Source: Acidimicrobiia bacterium (GTDB lineage: Bacteria > Actinomycetota > Acidimicrobiia > Spongiisociales > ZC4RG35). From it: a stretch of DNA of 64,000 bases. The DNA is taken from NCBI GenBank assembly GCA_025928935.1, contig JAICNB010000007.1, forward strand, positions 2,870-66,869, in the 5' to 3' direction. Below, one piece after another: positions 26,682 to 35,876 of the stretch; the stretch's first letter is position 1, and each line of letters opens with the position of its first letter. Made by a program: the position numbers and the translations under genes. The notes beneath the pieces were generated by a model that was given only the letters and a program-made list of their open reading frames with translations, did not search any database and was not told the origin of the DNA.

Positions 26682-27947
26682 GTGGTGTGTCCGAGGCCGA
26701 CTTCTTGGGTTGGTCCCACTCCTAACCTCGTCGTCGTGGCCCGCGCCGTCCTCATCGCCGCCCTGTTCATGCTCGTCGTCGCCTGCACCGACGAGACGGG
26801 GTCCGAGCCCGGGATCGACGTGATCGACGTCAGCGGCCCGCTCGATGTCTCCGCCCTCGACTTCATGAACCAGTCGATCATCGAAGCCGGCAAGCGGGGC
26901 CAGGTGCTGGCCGTGCTCCAGATCGATTCGCCCGCCGTCCTCGTCGGTGAGGCCCTGACCCGTCTCGAAGAGACGCTCGTGTCTCCGCCCTTGCCGGTGG
27001 CGGCCTGGGTTGGCCCCGCCCCCGCCCAGGCCAACGGGGGAATCGGGCAGATCGTCCTCGAAATGGGGCAGGCGTCGATCTCGGCCGGGTCCAGCATGAA
27101 TCTGATGCCCGCCATCGCCGGTGAACCGATGGGCACGGGAGAGTCGATGACAGCGGACGAGACCGGTCTGGCCCTCTACCCGTCGATTCGCCAGTATCTC
27201 CAGAGCCTGGACGGCGTCACCTTCGAGACCTCGGCGGGACCGGTCACCGTCGAGACACTCGAGCCGTTCGAGGATGGGGTGACCCTGAAGACCGTCACCT
27301 TCCGCCAGCCGGGCATCGGGACCAGGTTCTGGCGTCTGGCCGCAACCCCGGAGGCGGCCTTCTTCTTCCTGGTGGTCGGGCTCGCCATCGCCTCGTTCGA
27401 GTTCTTCGCCATCGGGCCTGGCGTCGCCGCCGGTGTCGCCGCCCTCTCCCTGCTCCTGGCGGGATGGGGGATCGTCAATCTGCCGGTGAAGCCCTGGGCA
27501 CTCGGCCTGGCGGTCCTGGGATGGGCCGTGCTGACCGCGGCCTATCAGAAGGGCGGGGTGCTTGCCCTGACCCTGCTCGGGGCGGTGATGCTGCAGGTGG
27601 CCGGCACGTTCTTTGTGGATGGGTCGGGCCAAATCGACCCCAGGTGGTATCTGGTCCTCCCTTCGGTCCTGGCCGTCCTCTTCTTCTTCCTGCTCGCCAT
27701 GCCGACGGTGCAGCGGGCCCGGTTCTCGACGGGCACCATCGGGCGTGACGGCATGATCGGGGAGACCGGGATCGCCCTGGACCGCTTCGACCCCGACGGT
27801 ATGGTCGAGATCAACGGCGCACGGTGGCGGGCGACCGCCCACCGTGAGGCAGGCCTGGTAGCGGGATCGGAGATCACGGTCGCAGGTGTCGACGGCATGT
27901 TCCTCGAGGTGGAGCCGATGGAACGGACCGCGAAAACAGATCCCTGA
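26682..27947 (+). CDS. NfeD family membrane protein (long form)
   Basis: An N-terminal ClpP-class-like domain, about 5 TM segments, and a C-terminal OB-fold NfeD motif (MIGETGIAL...INGARWRATA...ITVAGVDGMFLEV). An alternative GTG start at 26736 gives a clean lipoprotein signal (lipobox LVVAC). Confidence 0.75.
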   Translation: MVCPRPTSWVGPTPNLVVVARAVLIAALFMLVVACTDETGSEPGIDVIDVSGPLDVSALDFMNQSIIEAGKRGQVLAVLQIDSPAVLVGEALTRLEETLVSPPLPVAAWVGPAPAQANGGIGQIVLEMGQASISAGSSMNLMPAIAGEPMGTGESMTADETGLALYPSIRQYLQSLDGVTFETSAGPVTVETLEPFEDGVTLKTVTFRQPGIGTRFWRLAATPEAAFFFLVVGLAIASFEFFAIGPGVAAGVAALSLLLAGWGIVNLPVKPWALGLAVLGWAVLTAAYQKGGVLALTLLGAVMLQVAGTFFVDGSGQIDPRWYLVLPSVLAVLFFFLLAMPTVQRARFSTGTIGRDGMIGETGIALDRFDPDGMVEINGARWRATAHREAGLVAGSEITVAGVDGMFLEVEPMERTAKTDP

Positions 27948-28035
27948 ATCGCCATTTTCTCCCTTGCCGCAGGGCATCCCCCTGAGTAGGTTCGCGCCGG
28001 TTGTCGCCAGACAAGGGAGGAGTCATTTGTCCGGA

Positions 28036-28275
28036 ATGGACGATTGGCAACTGGACGCCCTCTGTAGAGGGTCCCATGCCTACCTCTTCTTTCCGCCTTC
28101 GACATTCGAGCGCAAAGAGGAGCGGGAGCGCAGAGAGATGAAGGCAAAAGCGATCTGTGGAGTCTGTCCGGTGCGGATGCCCTGCACCACACATGCACTT
28201 CAGATCCGGGAGCCTTTTGGTATCTGGGGAGGTCTGACCGAAATAGAGAGAAGGAGCACGCCCCTGGTCGGATGA
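28036..28275 (+). CDS. WhiB family transcriptional regulator
   Basis: 79 aa with AGGGAGGA SD. It has four Cys in the WhiB pattern (C-X30-C-X2-C-X5-C) and the GIWGG turn. Confidence 0.85.
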   Translation: MDDWQLDALCRGSHAYLFFPPSTFERKEERERREMKAKAICGVCPVRMPCTTHALQIREPFGIWGGLTEIERRSTPLVG

Positions 28276-28299
28276 CCATCGGCAGCGGGAGAAACGGGC

Positions 28300-30054
28300 T
28301 CACCGAAGGCGGCGCTCATCACCTCGCCGGATGGTGAGCCCTTCTCGATCCGCCCACTCCAGTATCGGAACCGCGTACTTCCTCGACAGCCCGGTGCGAT
28401 CCCGGAACTGCGCCACCGTGAAGGGCGACGTCATCGCGGCGAGATGGTCTCGAATCGCCTCGATCTGATCGGGGAGGAACACGAGGTCGTCGGAGATCCG
28501 GACCAGACGCCCGTCACGGACCAATCGGTGCAAGAGCTCGCGATCGAGCCCCAGGTCGTCGGCTGCGGGCACAGCCAACCCGCTCCTCAACTTCGCCTCG
28601 GCTCTGGCCCAATTCGCCTCGGCCTCCACATCGAGGGTCCGTCGGTGCCGGGTCGATGTCACATCGGGCCCCGTTCGACGCAGAAGGGTGCTCTCCTCGA
28701 CGAGCAGGCCGGTCAACTCCGGCGTCGATCCCAGTTCGATCGCCAGGGTGGCCAGGGGCAGGCCGGGTCGAAGGGGATGTCGTTCCTGATGCTCGGCCAC
28801 CAGTCGCTCGGCCTCTGAGCGAAGTTCCTCGAATCTCTCCGGGTCGACGGCAACTCCGCCGGTCACCACTGCCCCCTCGGGGTGCCCCCCTCCACTGTGC
28901 GCGGCGAGACGGGCGAGGTCGTCCACGCCGCGGATCTCGAGCAGCGTGGTGGCGATGGCGTCGCGCCCTGCCTTGGGGTCGATCGTGAGGGCGTTTTGGA
29001 TCGCTCGAGACGGACGCCCCGGGGCGGGGTCGAGGACGACGCCTCCCGCCACTACCTGCCTGCGTCCCGACTCCCTCAGGATGAATCGATCACCGGTCCT
29101 GATCGGGAGAGCCATGGCAACTGTGATCAGGGCATGGTCCCTCTCGAGCCGCTTGATGGTGGCCGGATGGGCGCCACTCCCGAGGTGAACCTGGAATGCG
29201 CCCTTGGTGCCCAGCGTGTCCACGTATCGAGCGAGGCGGATCACAGCGGTGAACCTGTCACTGAGATCCCACTGCCCGGGCAGGCCCAACATGCTCCCTC
29301 GAACGGCCTGCGATCTCTCGATGCCGCTGATGTTGACGGCCAGTCGACGGCCGGGCGCTGATTCTTCGACAGTGGTCTCATGACTCTGCAACCCTCTGAC
29401 CCGGGTCCGCTTTCGGACCGGGAAGAGCACGATCTCGTCACCGACCCGGATCGGGCCCTCGGTCAGAGTTCCGGTGACCACGGTGCCCGATCCCGCCATC
29501 GAAAACGCCCGGTCGATCCAGAGCCGCGGTCGGTCTCCCGGGTGATCGGCCGCCATGGCGCGTTCGGCCAGAGCGGCCCTCAGCCCGTCGAGCCCCCGGC
29601 CCGTGCGGGCCGACACAGGCAGGATCGGGGCCGATTCCAGCGAGGTGCCGACCAAGCGGTCGGCGATCTCCATTTGGATGAGGGCGATCATCTCGTCATC
29701 CACGGCGTCGGTCTTGGTGAGGGCCACCACGCCGGAGTCCACTCCGAGCAGGTCGAGCACAGCGAGGTGCTCCTCCGACTGAGGCATCCACCCTTCGTCG
29801 GCGGCGACCACGAAGAGCGCGACGTCGATCGCCTCGATGCCGGCCAGCATGTTCTTCAGAAAGCGCTCATGGCCGGGCACATCGACGAAGGAGACCTCAC
29901 CGGCCGATCCGAGCGTTGTCCAGGCGAACCCCAGATCGATGGTCAGCCCGCGGCGTTTCTCCTCCGCCCAACGGTCAGGGTCGCGGCCGGTGAGAGCCTC
30001 GACGAGCGTGGACTTGCCATGGTCGACATGTCCCGCGGTCCCGATCAGCGGCAA
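28300..30054 (-). CDS. selB: selenocysteine-specific translation elongation factor
   Basis: The N-terminal GTPase domain reads IGTAGHVDHGKSTL...DVPGHERF...TKTD, followed by a long winged-helix C-terminal extension. It overlaps the selA stop by 10 nt. Confidence 0.9.
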   Translation of the reverse strand: MPLIGTAGHVDHGKSTLVEALTGRDPDRWAEEKRRGLTIDLGFAWTTLGSAGEVSFVDVPGHERFLKNMLAGIEAIDVALFVVAADEGWMPQSEEHLAVLDLLGVDSGVVALTKTDAVDDEMIALIQMEIADRLVGTSLESAPILPVSARTGRGLDGLRAALAERAMAADHPGDRPRLWIDRAFSMAGSGTVVTGTLTEGPIRVGDEIVLFPVRKRTRVRGLQSHETTVEESAPGRRLAVNISGIERSQAVRGSMLGLPGQWDLSDRFTAVIRLARYVDTLGTKGAFQVHLGSGAHPATIKRLERDHALITVAMALPIRTGDRFILRESGRRQVVAGGVVLDPAPGRPSRAIQNALTIDPKAGRDAIATTLLEIRGVDDLARLAAHSGGGHPEGAVVTGGVAVDPERFEELRSEAERLVAEHQERHPLRPGLPLATLAIELGSTPELTGLLVEESTLLRRTGPDVTSTRHRRTLDVEAEANWARAEAKLRSGLAVPAADDLGLDRELLHRLVRDGRLVRISDDLVFLPDQIEAIRDHLAAMTSPFTVAQFRDRTGLSRKYAVPILEWADREGLTIRRGDERRLR

Positions 30055-31451
30055 GCGGACACCATCTCGGCGATGTGCTCGTCGTCCTGCGCTGCCACCG
30101 CCCTGAGATCGAGGATGAGATCTTTCTCGTGACGCCGGGCCAGGATCGGCCAGTCCGCATCGAGGAGACGACCGTGCAGGTGATCCTCTCCCTCGAGGAC
30201 GATCTGCGGTGTCGGGATGCCGACTCCGGGAAGGCTCCCTGCTCCGGTGACCGACGTGCCGTTACGGACCCGGCCACCCACCAGCTCCGCCAAGGCCTCG
30301 ACCCGGGGAGCGAGGTCGGCCTCGGTCGTCATGGCCATGCGCCACACCGGGATCCGGCGGGCATCACCGTCGGCGTAGGCCTCGAGGGTGGTGGCGAGGG
30401 CGGCATCGGTCATCGAGTCGGTCCGGAGAGCCCTGGCGAGGGGGTGCCTGCGGAGTCTGGTCACGAGCTCGGATCTGCCGACGATGATCCCAGCCTGAGG
30501 GCCCCCAACCAGCTTGTCGCCGCTGAAGGTGACCAGTCCGGCTCCCGCCTCGAGCGACTGGCGGGCCCCGGGCTCTTCCCCGAGCCAGTCTGGGGGTCTC
30601 GTGCCAAGCCACGGCACATCGGCGTCGAGCAGGCCCGAGCCGAGATCGTGGATCAGCGGCAACCCTCGCTCGGCGGCAAGAGCGGCCAACTCGCCCACAG
30701 GGACCTCGTGGACGAATCCTTCGAGACGGTAGTTGGACGGGTGGACCTTCAAGACTGCTCCGCAGTGGTGGATTTGGAGGGCGGCGGCGAAGTCCCCGAT
30801 TCGGGTCCGGTTGGTGGTGCCGACCTCGACCAGGCGCGCTCCGCCGGCTTCCATGACTAGGGGCAGGCGGAAGGAGCCACCGATCTCGATCAATTCCCCA
30901 CGGGCCACCGGCACGGAGCGGCCGGAGGAGGTAGAGGCGAGGGCGAGGAGCACCGCGGCGGCGTTGTTGTTGACCACCAGGGCGTCCTCGGCGCCGGTCA
31001 GAGCCTTGAGCAGGGCGGCGAGGTAGGCGCCCCGCCCGCCACGCCCACCCCCGTCGAGGTCGAGCTCGAGATTGGTGTAGCCGGTGGCCGCATCTCGGGC
31101 GGCGGAGGCTGCTTCCGCCGACAAAGGTGCTCGGCCCAGATTGGTGTGGAGGAGCACCCCGGTGGCGTTGATCACCGTCGCACCGGCCGACCGGCGGAGG
31201 CCTCTGGCCAGGTCGGTGGCGATGATGCGGGGGTCTGCCTCCCCGCCACGGGAGATCTCGGCTCGAGCCAGGTCGAGGGCGGTCCGGGCGCAGTCGACCC
31301 GCAGGGCGAGCGGGAGACCACTATCACCCATCGCTTCGACCAGTTGATCCACCGCCGGCAGCGAGCGATACGGGTTGGTGCTCGACACGAGCCAAGTCTG
31401 CCAGGTCGCCTCGCGACCCCGATCATCACGGCGGTGTCCGAGCTCCTTCAT
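30045..31451 (-). CDS. selA: L-seryl-tRNA(Sec) selenium transferase
   Basis: Contains YRSLPAVDQL, a SelA-type N-terminal motif as I recall it, and a PLP-fold core with the FSGDKLVGGPQAG lysine motif. The start is uncertain: ATG 31451 or GTG 31388. Confidence 0.85.
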   Translation of the reverse strand: MKELGHRRDDRGREATWQTWLVSSTNPYRSLPAVDQLVEAMGDSGLPLALRVDCARTALDLARAEISRGGEADPRIIATDLARGLRRSAGATVINATGVLLHTNLGRAPLSAEAASAARDAATGYTNLELDLDGGGRGGRGAYLAALLKALTGAEDALVVNNNAAAVLLALASTSSGRSVPVARGELIEIGGSFRLPLVMEAGGARLVEVGTTNRTRIGDFAAALQIHHCGAVLKVHPSNYRLEGFVHEVPVGELAALAAERGLPLIHDLGSGLLDADVPWLGTRPPDWLGEEPGARQSLEAGAGLVTFSGDKLVGGPQAGIIVGRSELVTRLRRHPLARALRTDSMTDAALATTLEAYADGDARRIPVWRMAMTTEADLAPRVEALAELVGGRVRNGTSVTGAGSLPGVGIPTPQIVLEGEDHLHGRLLDADWPILARRHEKDLILDLRAVAAQDDEHIAEMVSACR

Positions 31452-31462
31452 AGGATGCACCC

Positions 31463-32152
31463 ATGGAGGCTCCGGTCCCGGCGCGTCCCTCGGCAACGGT
31501 CATGCTGCTCCGGGACACTGATGAATCGGTCGAGGTGCTCATGGTGCGGAGGCATGCCCGCGGCTTCTTCGGTGGGCTCACCGCATTCCCCGGTGGGGCC
31601 GTCGACCCCGTCGATCGCTCCGCCCTGGCGGAGGCGGTCGTGATGGGCGGTGGTGACGATCACGAGTTCCGGTCTGCCGCCCTGAGAGAGCTGGCCGAAG
31701 AGACAGGTCTCGCCCTGACCACGCGTGGTGTCGCCCCCTCTCCCGATGCCCTTGGCGCCGAGCTGTTCGACGAATTGCTTCAGGCCGGCGTTGGCCTCGA
31801 TGGAGAGGCGCTCACTCTCGTCTCACGTTGGGTGACCCCGGAGGAGGCCCCGTCGAGGTTCGACACCCGGTTCTATCTGGCCCGGGTGGGGGCAACTCCC
31901 GAGATCCGGCTCGCCCCCGATGAACTGGTCGATCATGTCTGGATCACGCCGAAGAAGGCGCTGGTCGGGCACGACCGCGGCGAGCTGCAGATGTTCCTCC
32001 CAACAATGTCCCATCTCCGCTGGCTTTCCCTGCGGGCAAGCGCCGATGAGGCAGTTGCGGCCGCGAAGGGGGCCGACGGAAGGACCCTGATCGCACCCCG
32101 GCGCATGGAGGACGGCAGCATCGTCCCCATCCACATGCCCGACGACTCATGA
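31463..32152 (+). CDS. NUDIX hydrolase
   Basis: Nudix box GGAVDPVDRS...AALRELAEETGL. The gene sits head-to-head with selA. Confidence 0.8.
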   Translation: MEAPVPARPSATVMLLRDTDESVEVLMVRRHARGFFGGLTAFPGGAVDPVDRSALAEAVVMGGGDDHEFRSAALRELAEETGLALTTRGVAPSPDALGAELFDELLQAGVGLDGEALTLVSRWVTPEEAPSRFDTRFYLARVGATPEIRLAPDELVDHVWITPKKALVGHDRGELQMFLPTMSHLRWLSLRASADEAVAAAKGADGRTLIAPRRMEDGSIVPIHMPDDS

Positions 32153-32922
32153 GGATCCAGCGCGTCCTCGCCAACAATCCCGGCCCGTTCACCGGCCCCG
32201 GGACCAACACCTGGCTGGTGGAGGACGAAGGAGAGGTGGTGGTCATAGACCCAGGCCCGGTCGAATCGGCCCATATGGAGCGGATTCTCGGGCAGGTCAT
32301 GAGTCAGACGCCCGTCGGGGTCCTGGTGACCCACACCCACCCGGATCACGCTCCACTGGCCAACCCTCTCGCCGGCGAGCTGGCTGCCCCCGCCTTCGGG
32401 TATGCCCCCGGCCCGGAATTCGATCCCGACATCGTCCTGGCCGAGGGCTCCGGGTTGACTGTGGGAGGCTCGAGGATCGAGGTCATCCACACCCCGGGGC
32501 ATGCCGACGACCATCTCTGCTTTCGGATCGCCGACATCCTCTTCACCGGCGATCACATAATGGGGGGATCCTCGGTCATGGTGGAGGACATGGGCAGCTA
32601 CATGGCGTCACTCGAGAAGCTGCGCGGGAAAGGTCTCACCATGCTCCATCCGGGTCACGGAGACGACATGGATGAGCCCGACAGGGTGATCGACTGGTAC
32701 CTCGCACATCGTAGGCAGCGTCACGAGGACATCCTCGAGGCGATCAGGTCGGGTGCCGCGTCGACCGATGAGATCGTGGAAGTGGTTTACCGAGACGTCG
32801 ATCGAGCGCTCCACTCCCTCGCCGCTCGCTCGGTGAGGGCGCACCTGCGCTTGCTCTCCGAGGAGGGCCGGATAGCCTCTGCCGGCCCCGACCTCGTGGT
32901 CCTTCGCACCAATTCGACATGA
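32149..32922 (+). CDS. MBL fold metallo-hydrolase
   Basis: Motif THTHPDHA (HxHxDH), later HTPGH and HPGHG. ATGA overlap with the NUDIX gene. Confidence 0.85.
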   Translation: MRIQRVLANNPGPFTGPGTNTWLVEDEGEVVVIDPGPVESAHMERILGQVMSQTPVGVLVTHTHPDHAPLANPLAGELAAPAFGYAPGPEFDPDIVLAEGSGLTVGGSRIEVIHTPGHADDHLCFRIADILFTGDHIMGGSSVMVEDMGSYMASLEKLRGKGLTMLHPGHGDDMDEPDRVIDWYLAHRRQRHEDILEAIRSGAASTDEIVEVVYRDVDRALHSLAARSVRAHLRLLSEEGRIASAGPDLVVLRTNST

Positions 32923-34088
32923 GCCGCATCACCCGGATCTTCACCTCCCTGCTCGCCATGGCCCTGGCGCTGCCCGCCCTCGCCCAGGTGTCCGACGACG
33001 ACATCGACCGTGCCCGCCGAGAGGTCGACGAGATCATGTCAGAGGCTCAGGTCCTGGGCGACGAGGTCCAGGAGGCGTGGGGAAGGCAATTCGCCCTCGA
33101 GCGGGAGATAACCGACCTCGGGGCATCGATCGAAGTGGCTAGGGCCAAGATCGCCGAGACCGAGACCAAGCTCGAAGAGGTGGCGGTGGAGATGTACATG
33201 GGGTCGTCTTCCGTTGCCTCGATCCAGGTGCTGTTCTCTGCCGCGGGGGAGAGTTATGGGGCGGGCATCGAGTACCTGCGCAATGTCAAAGGCAACGACA
33301 TCGACGTGATCAATCAGCTTCGGTCGTTCCGTGAGGAGCTCGACCGGCAAACCGGGCGTCTCGAGGAGGCTTCCGCCGAGCAAGAGGTGTTGACGGCCGA
33401 GCTCGAAGCTCAGGCCGGCGAGCTCCAGGGACGTCTGGTGGAGGCCCAGGCCGTCTACGACCAACTGGTGGCTCAACAGGCGGCCGAAGAGGCGGCAAGA
33501 CGAGCCGCCGAGGAGGCAGCCCGTCGGGCGGCGGAGGAGGCGGCGCGTCAGGCGACCACCACGACGGTGGCGGAGTCGACCGAGACCACAGAGGAAGAGC
33601 CGGACACCCCGACCGAGACCACCGTTCCGCCGGACGAGCCCACCCCGACCACCCTCCCGCCGGAGGATCCGCCTCCACCACCCAACCCGGGTGGTGGCAC
33701 TTGCCCCGTCGCCGGGGCGGTCTCGTTCTCGGACTCATGGGGAGATGCACGCTCAGGGGGTCGTGCACATCAGGGGGTGGACATGATCGCGGCCCGAAAC
33801 ACGCCCATCGTCGCCATCTATTCCGGCACGATCGACCGACTCACCAATGGGAACCTGAGCGGTCTCGCCATCTGGCTCCGCGCCAACAACGGCGATCTCT
33901 TCTTCTACGCCCACCTGGAGAGCTTCGCGGACGTGAGCGATGGCCAGAGCGTCTCCGAGGGCCAGGTCATCGGTTACAACGGGTCGTCGGGGAACGCACC
34001 CGACTTCCTGCCCCACCTCCACTTCGAGTGGCATCCCGGAGGGGGCGCGGCGGTGAACCCTTATTCGTTGGTGAGAGGTCTCTGCTGA
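32919..34088 (+). CDS. M23 family metallopeptidase with N-terminal coiled coil
   Basis: Signal peptide, then a long heptad-like region including three AEEAARRA repeats, a Thr/Pro linker, and an M23 core (HQGVDM...GNAPDFLPHLHFE). ATGA overlap with the upstream gene. Confidence 0.85.
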   Translation: MSRITRIFTSLLAMALALPALAQVSDDDIDRARREVDEIMSEAQVLGDEVQEAWGRQFALEREITDLGASIEVARAKIAETETKLEEVAVEMYMGSSSVASIQVLFSAAGESYGAGIEYLRNVKGNDIDVINQLRSFREELDRQTGRLEEASAEQEVLTAELEAQAGELQGRLVEAQAVYDQLVAQQAAEEAARRAAEEAARRAAEEAARQATTTTVAESTETTEEEPDTPTETTVPPDEPTPTTLPPEDPPPPPNPGGGTCPVAGAVSFSDSWGDARSGGRAHQGVDMIAARNTPIVAIYSGTIDRLTNGNLSGLAIWLRANNGDLFFYAHLESFADVSDGQSVSEGQVIGYNGSSGNAPDFLPHLHFEWHPGGGAAVNPYSLVRGLC

Positions 34089-34105
34089 GGACCCCGCGTA
34101 CACGA

Positions 34106-34129
34106 AAGAGGACCCTTGCGGGTCCTCTT
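34106..34129 (+). terminator. putative intrinsic terminator hairpin after the M23 gene
   Basis: AAGAGGACCC-TTGC-GGGTCCTCTT forms a 10-bp stem, 18 nt after the stop codon, with a weak T-rich tail. Confidence 0.55.
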
Positions 34130-34328
34130 CCGGTTAGCCTCCCTGCTGCCCCCAACCCCACGCACCGAGGCACGTTCTGGGGGCATCTTCGGTGATGCGG
34201 AGTGCCTGTTAAAGGACGGTTTGGATTACCACTCGTTGTGACTAGTCCTCCGAAGAGGACCCGTTCCAGACGTCGCGGCGGGGATCCACTCGTTACTCTC
34301 TCGCCGACCCGCCAGCGGAGAGCGAGAG

Positions 34329-35144
34329 ATGACCACCGAACCCCCCATGCCCCCCTCATCGGAAGGACCGGTCGACCCACCGCCTCCTCCTCCCACCGAG
34401 CCGCCCCTTCCCCCTGCGGAGTCGCCCGCTCCCCCACCGCCCGCTCCGCCAACGCCGCCGCCGCCACCCGTCCCCGGCGCAGCGCCGTTTCAGGTCGGTG
34501 ATGCGTTCAACTACGGGTGGAAGAAGTTCCAGGAGTACCTGGGCCCGATCCTGATCGCGATGCTGATCTTCCTGGTGGTCGGGGGACTGGTGAACTTCAT
34601 CGGCACCCTGTTCGCTGGTGGCATCGGGGAGATCACCGATCCCGATGACATCGGCATCGGCATGTTCTTCAGCTTCGGCTACCTCATGTTCTCACTGCTC
34701 GGCGCCCTCGTCAGCCTGCTGATCCAAGCGGCGGTGGTGCGTGGCGCCCTGGGCATCACAAAGGGTGAGAGGATCGACCTGAACACTTTTCTCTCCACTG
34801 AGAACCTCGGTCAGATCGTGCTGGCGGCGATACTGCTCGCCATCGGGACGGCCGTCGGCTTGATCTTGTGCATCATCCCCGGGCTGATCTTCATCTTCTA
34901 TTCCCAGTTCACCTATCAGTTCATCATCGACAAGGGCCTGCCCGCCTTCGACGCCATCAAAGCCAGCTTCGATCTGGTGAACAGGAACCTGGGTTCGGTC
35001 GTCGGGCTGTTCCTCGCTTCGATCCTGGCCTTCATCGTCGGGGCCATCCTCTGCGGGGTCGGTCTGCTGGTCGCCATCCCGGTCACCATCATCGCCACGG
35101 CGTACGCCTACCGGCTGATGACCGGTCAAACGGTCGCTCCCTGA
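34329..35144 (+). CDS. proline-rich N-terminus integral membrane protein (function unknown)
   Basis: 271 aa. About 55 residues of PPxP-rich sequence are followed by 5-6 TM segments. Coding-like GC3 bias. Confidence 0.6.
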   Translation: MTTEPPMPPSSEGPVDPPPPPPTEPPLPPAESPAPPPPAPPTPPPPPVPGAAPFQVGDAFNYGWKKFQEYLGPILIAMLIFLVVGGLVNFIGTLFAGGIGEITDPDDIGIGMFFSFGYLMFSLLGALVSLLIQAAVVRGALGITKGERIDLNTFLSTENLGQIVLAAILLAIGTAVGLILCIIPGLIFIFYSQFTYQFIIDKGLPAFDAIKASFDLVNRNLGSVVGLFLASILAFIVGAILCGVGLLVAIPVTIIATAYAYRLMTGQTVAP

Positions 35145-35196
35145 CCGCGTAGGCTCGCTGCACTGCCGTCTCCGGGTCGTTGCGAAAGGAGTTCTC

Positions 35197-35814
35197 ATGG
35201 ATGCGGCCGATGAAATCCTCGCTCAGATCCCCCTTGGAGACCTGGCCCAGCAACTCGGCGTAGACGAGGCGACGGCGGAGCAGGCGGTGCGTTCGGCTGT
35301 GCCCGCACTCCTTGGTGGGATGGCTGCCAACGCCCAGGACCCTGGCGGTGCGGCGTCGCTGGAGAAGGCGGTGTCACAACACACGTCCAACCCGCTCGCG
35401 GGTCTCGGCCTGGGCGGAGTCGACGCCAGCGATGGTGAGAAGATCGTCGGCCACGTCTTCGGTGACAACACCGATGAGGTCGTAAACAAGTTGGGCGGCG
35501 CCACTGGCGGCAAGGGGCTCATGTCCCGGCTGCTCCCCATCCTCGCTCCGATCATTCTCAACATGCTGGCCGGCAAGTTCATGAAGGGACAGGCCGGAGG
35601 ATCGGCGCCGGCCGGGGGACCCACCCCGTCAGGCCCCGGGACCGGGGAGTTGGAGGACCTGCTCGGCAGTGCGACGGCATCGGCCGGTGGGGGCGGCGGT
35701 GCTGATTTCGGTGGCGGGATCGGCGACCTCTTAGGGGGTCTCCTCGGCGGAGGGTCGTCTGGGGACATCGGGGACTTGCTCGGCGGGCTGCTCGGGGGCG
35801 GCTCGAAGGGCTGA
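35197..35814 (+). CDS. DUF937-like protein with Gly/Leu-rich C-terminal repeats
   Basis: The N-terminus LGDLAQQLGVDEATAEQAVRSAVPALLGGMA resembles DUF937. The C-terminus repeats GDLLGGLLGGG. SD AAAGGAG. Confidence 0.6.
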   Translation: MDAADEILAQIPLGDLAQQLGVDEATAEQAVRSAVPALLGGMAANAQDPGGAASLEKAVSQHTSNPLAGLGLGGVDASDGEKIVGHVFGDNTDEVVNKLGGATGGKGLMSRLLPILAPIILNMLAGKFMKGQAGGSAPAGGPTPSGPGTGELEDLLGSATASAGGGGGADFGGGIGDLLGGLLGGGSSGDIGDLLGGLLGGGSKG

Positions 35815-35876
35815 GTCTTCACCCCTCTGCGAGAAGCATATCGGGGGAGGCGACTCGAAGGCGGAGGGGTCCGGCC

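Noticed and set aside
26361-27977. 538-aa minus-strand ORF.
   Set aside because: It is antisense to the NfeD gene and has low-complexity Arg/Gly/Pro/Asp composition. The plus-strand product has clear TM segments and an NfeD C-terminal motif.
34089-34328. The 240-bp gap as the location of tRNA-Sec (selC).
   Set aside because: I could find no acceptor/T-arm pairing, no GGTTCGA-type T-loop and no TCA anticodon loop on either strand.
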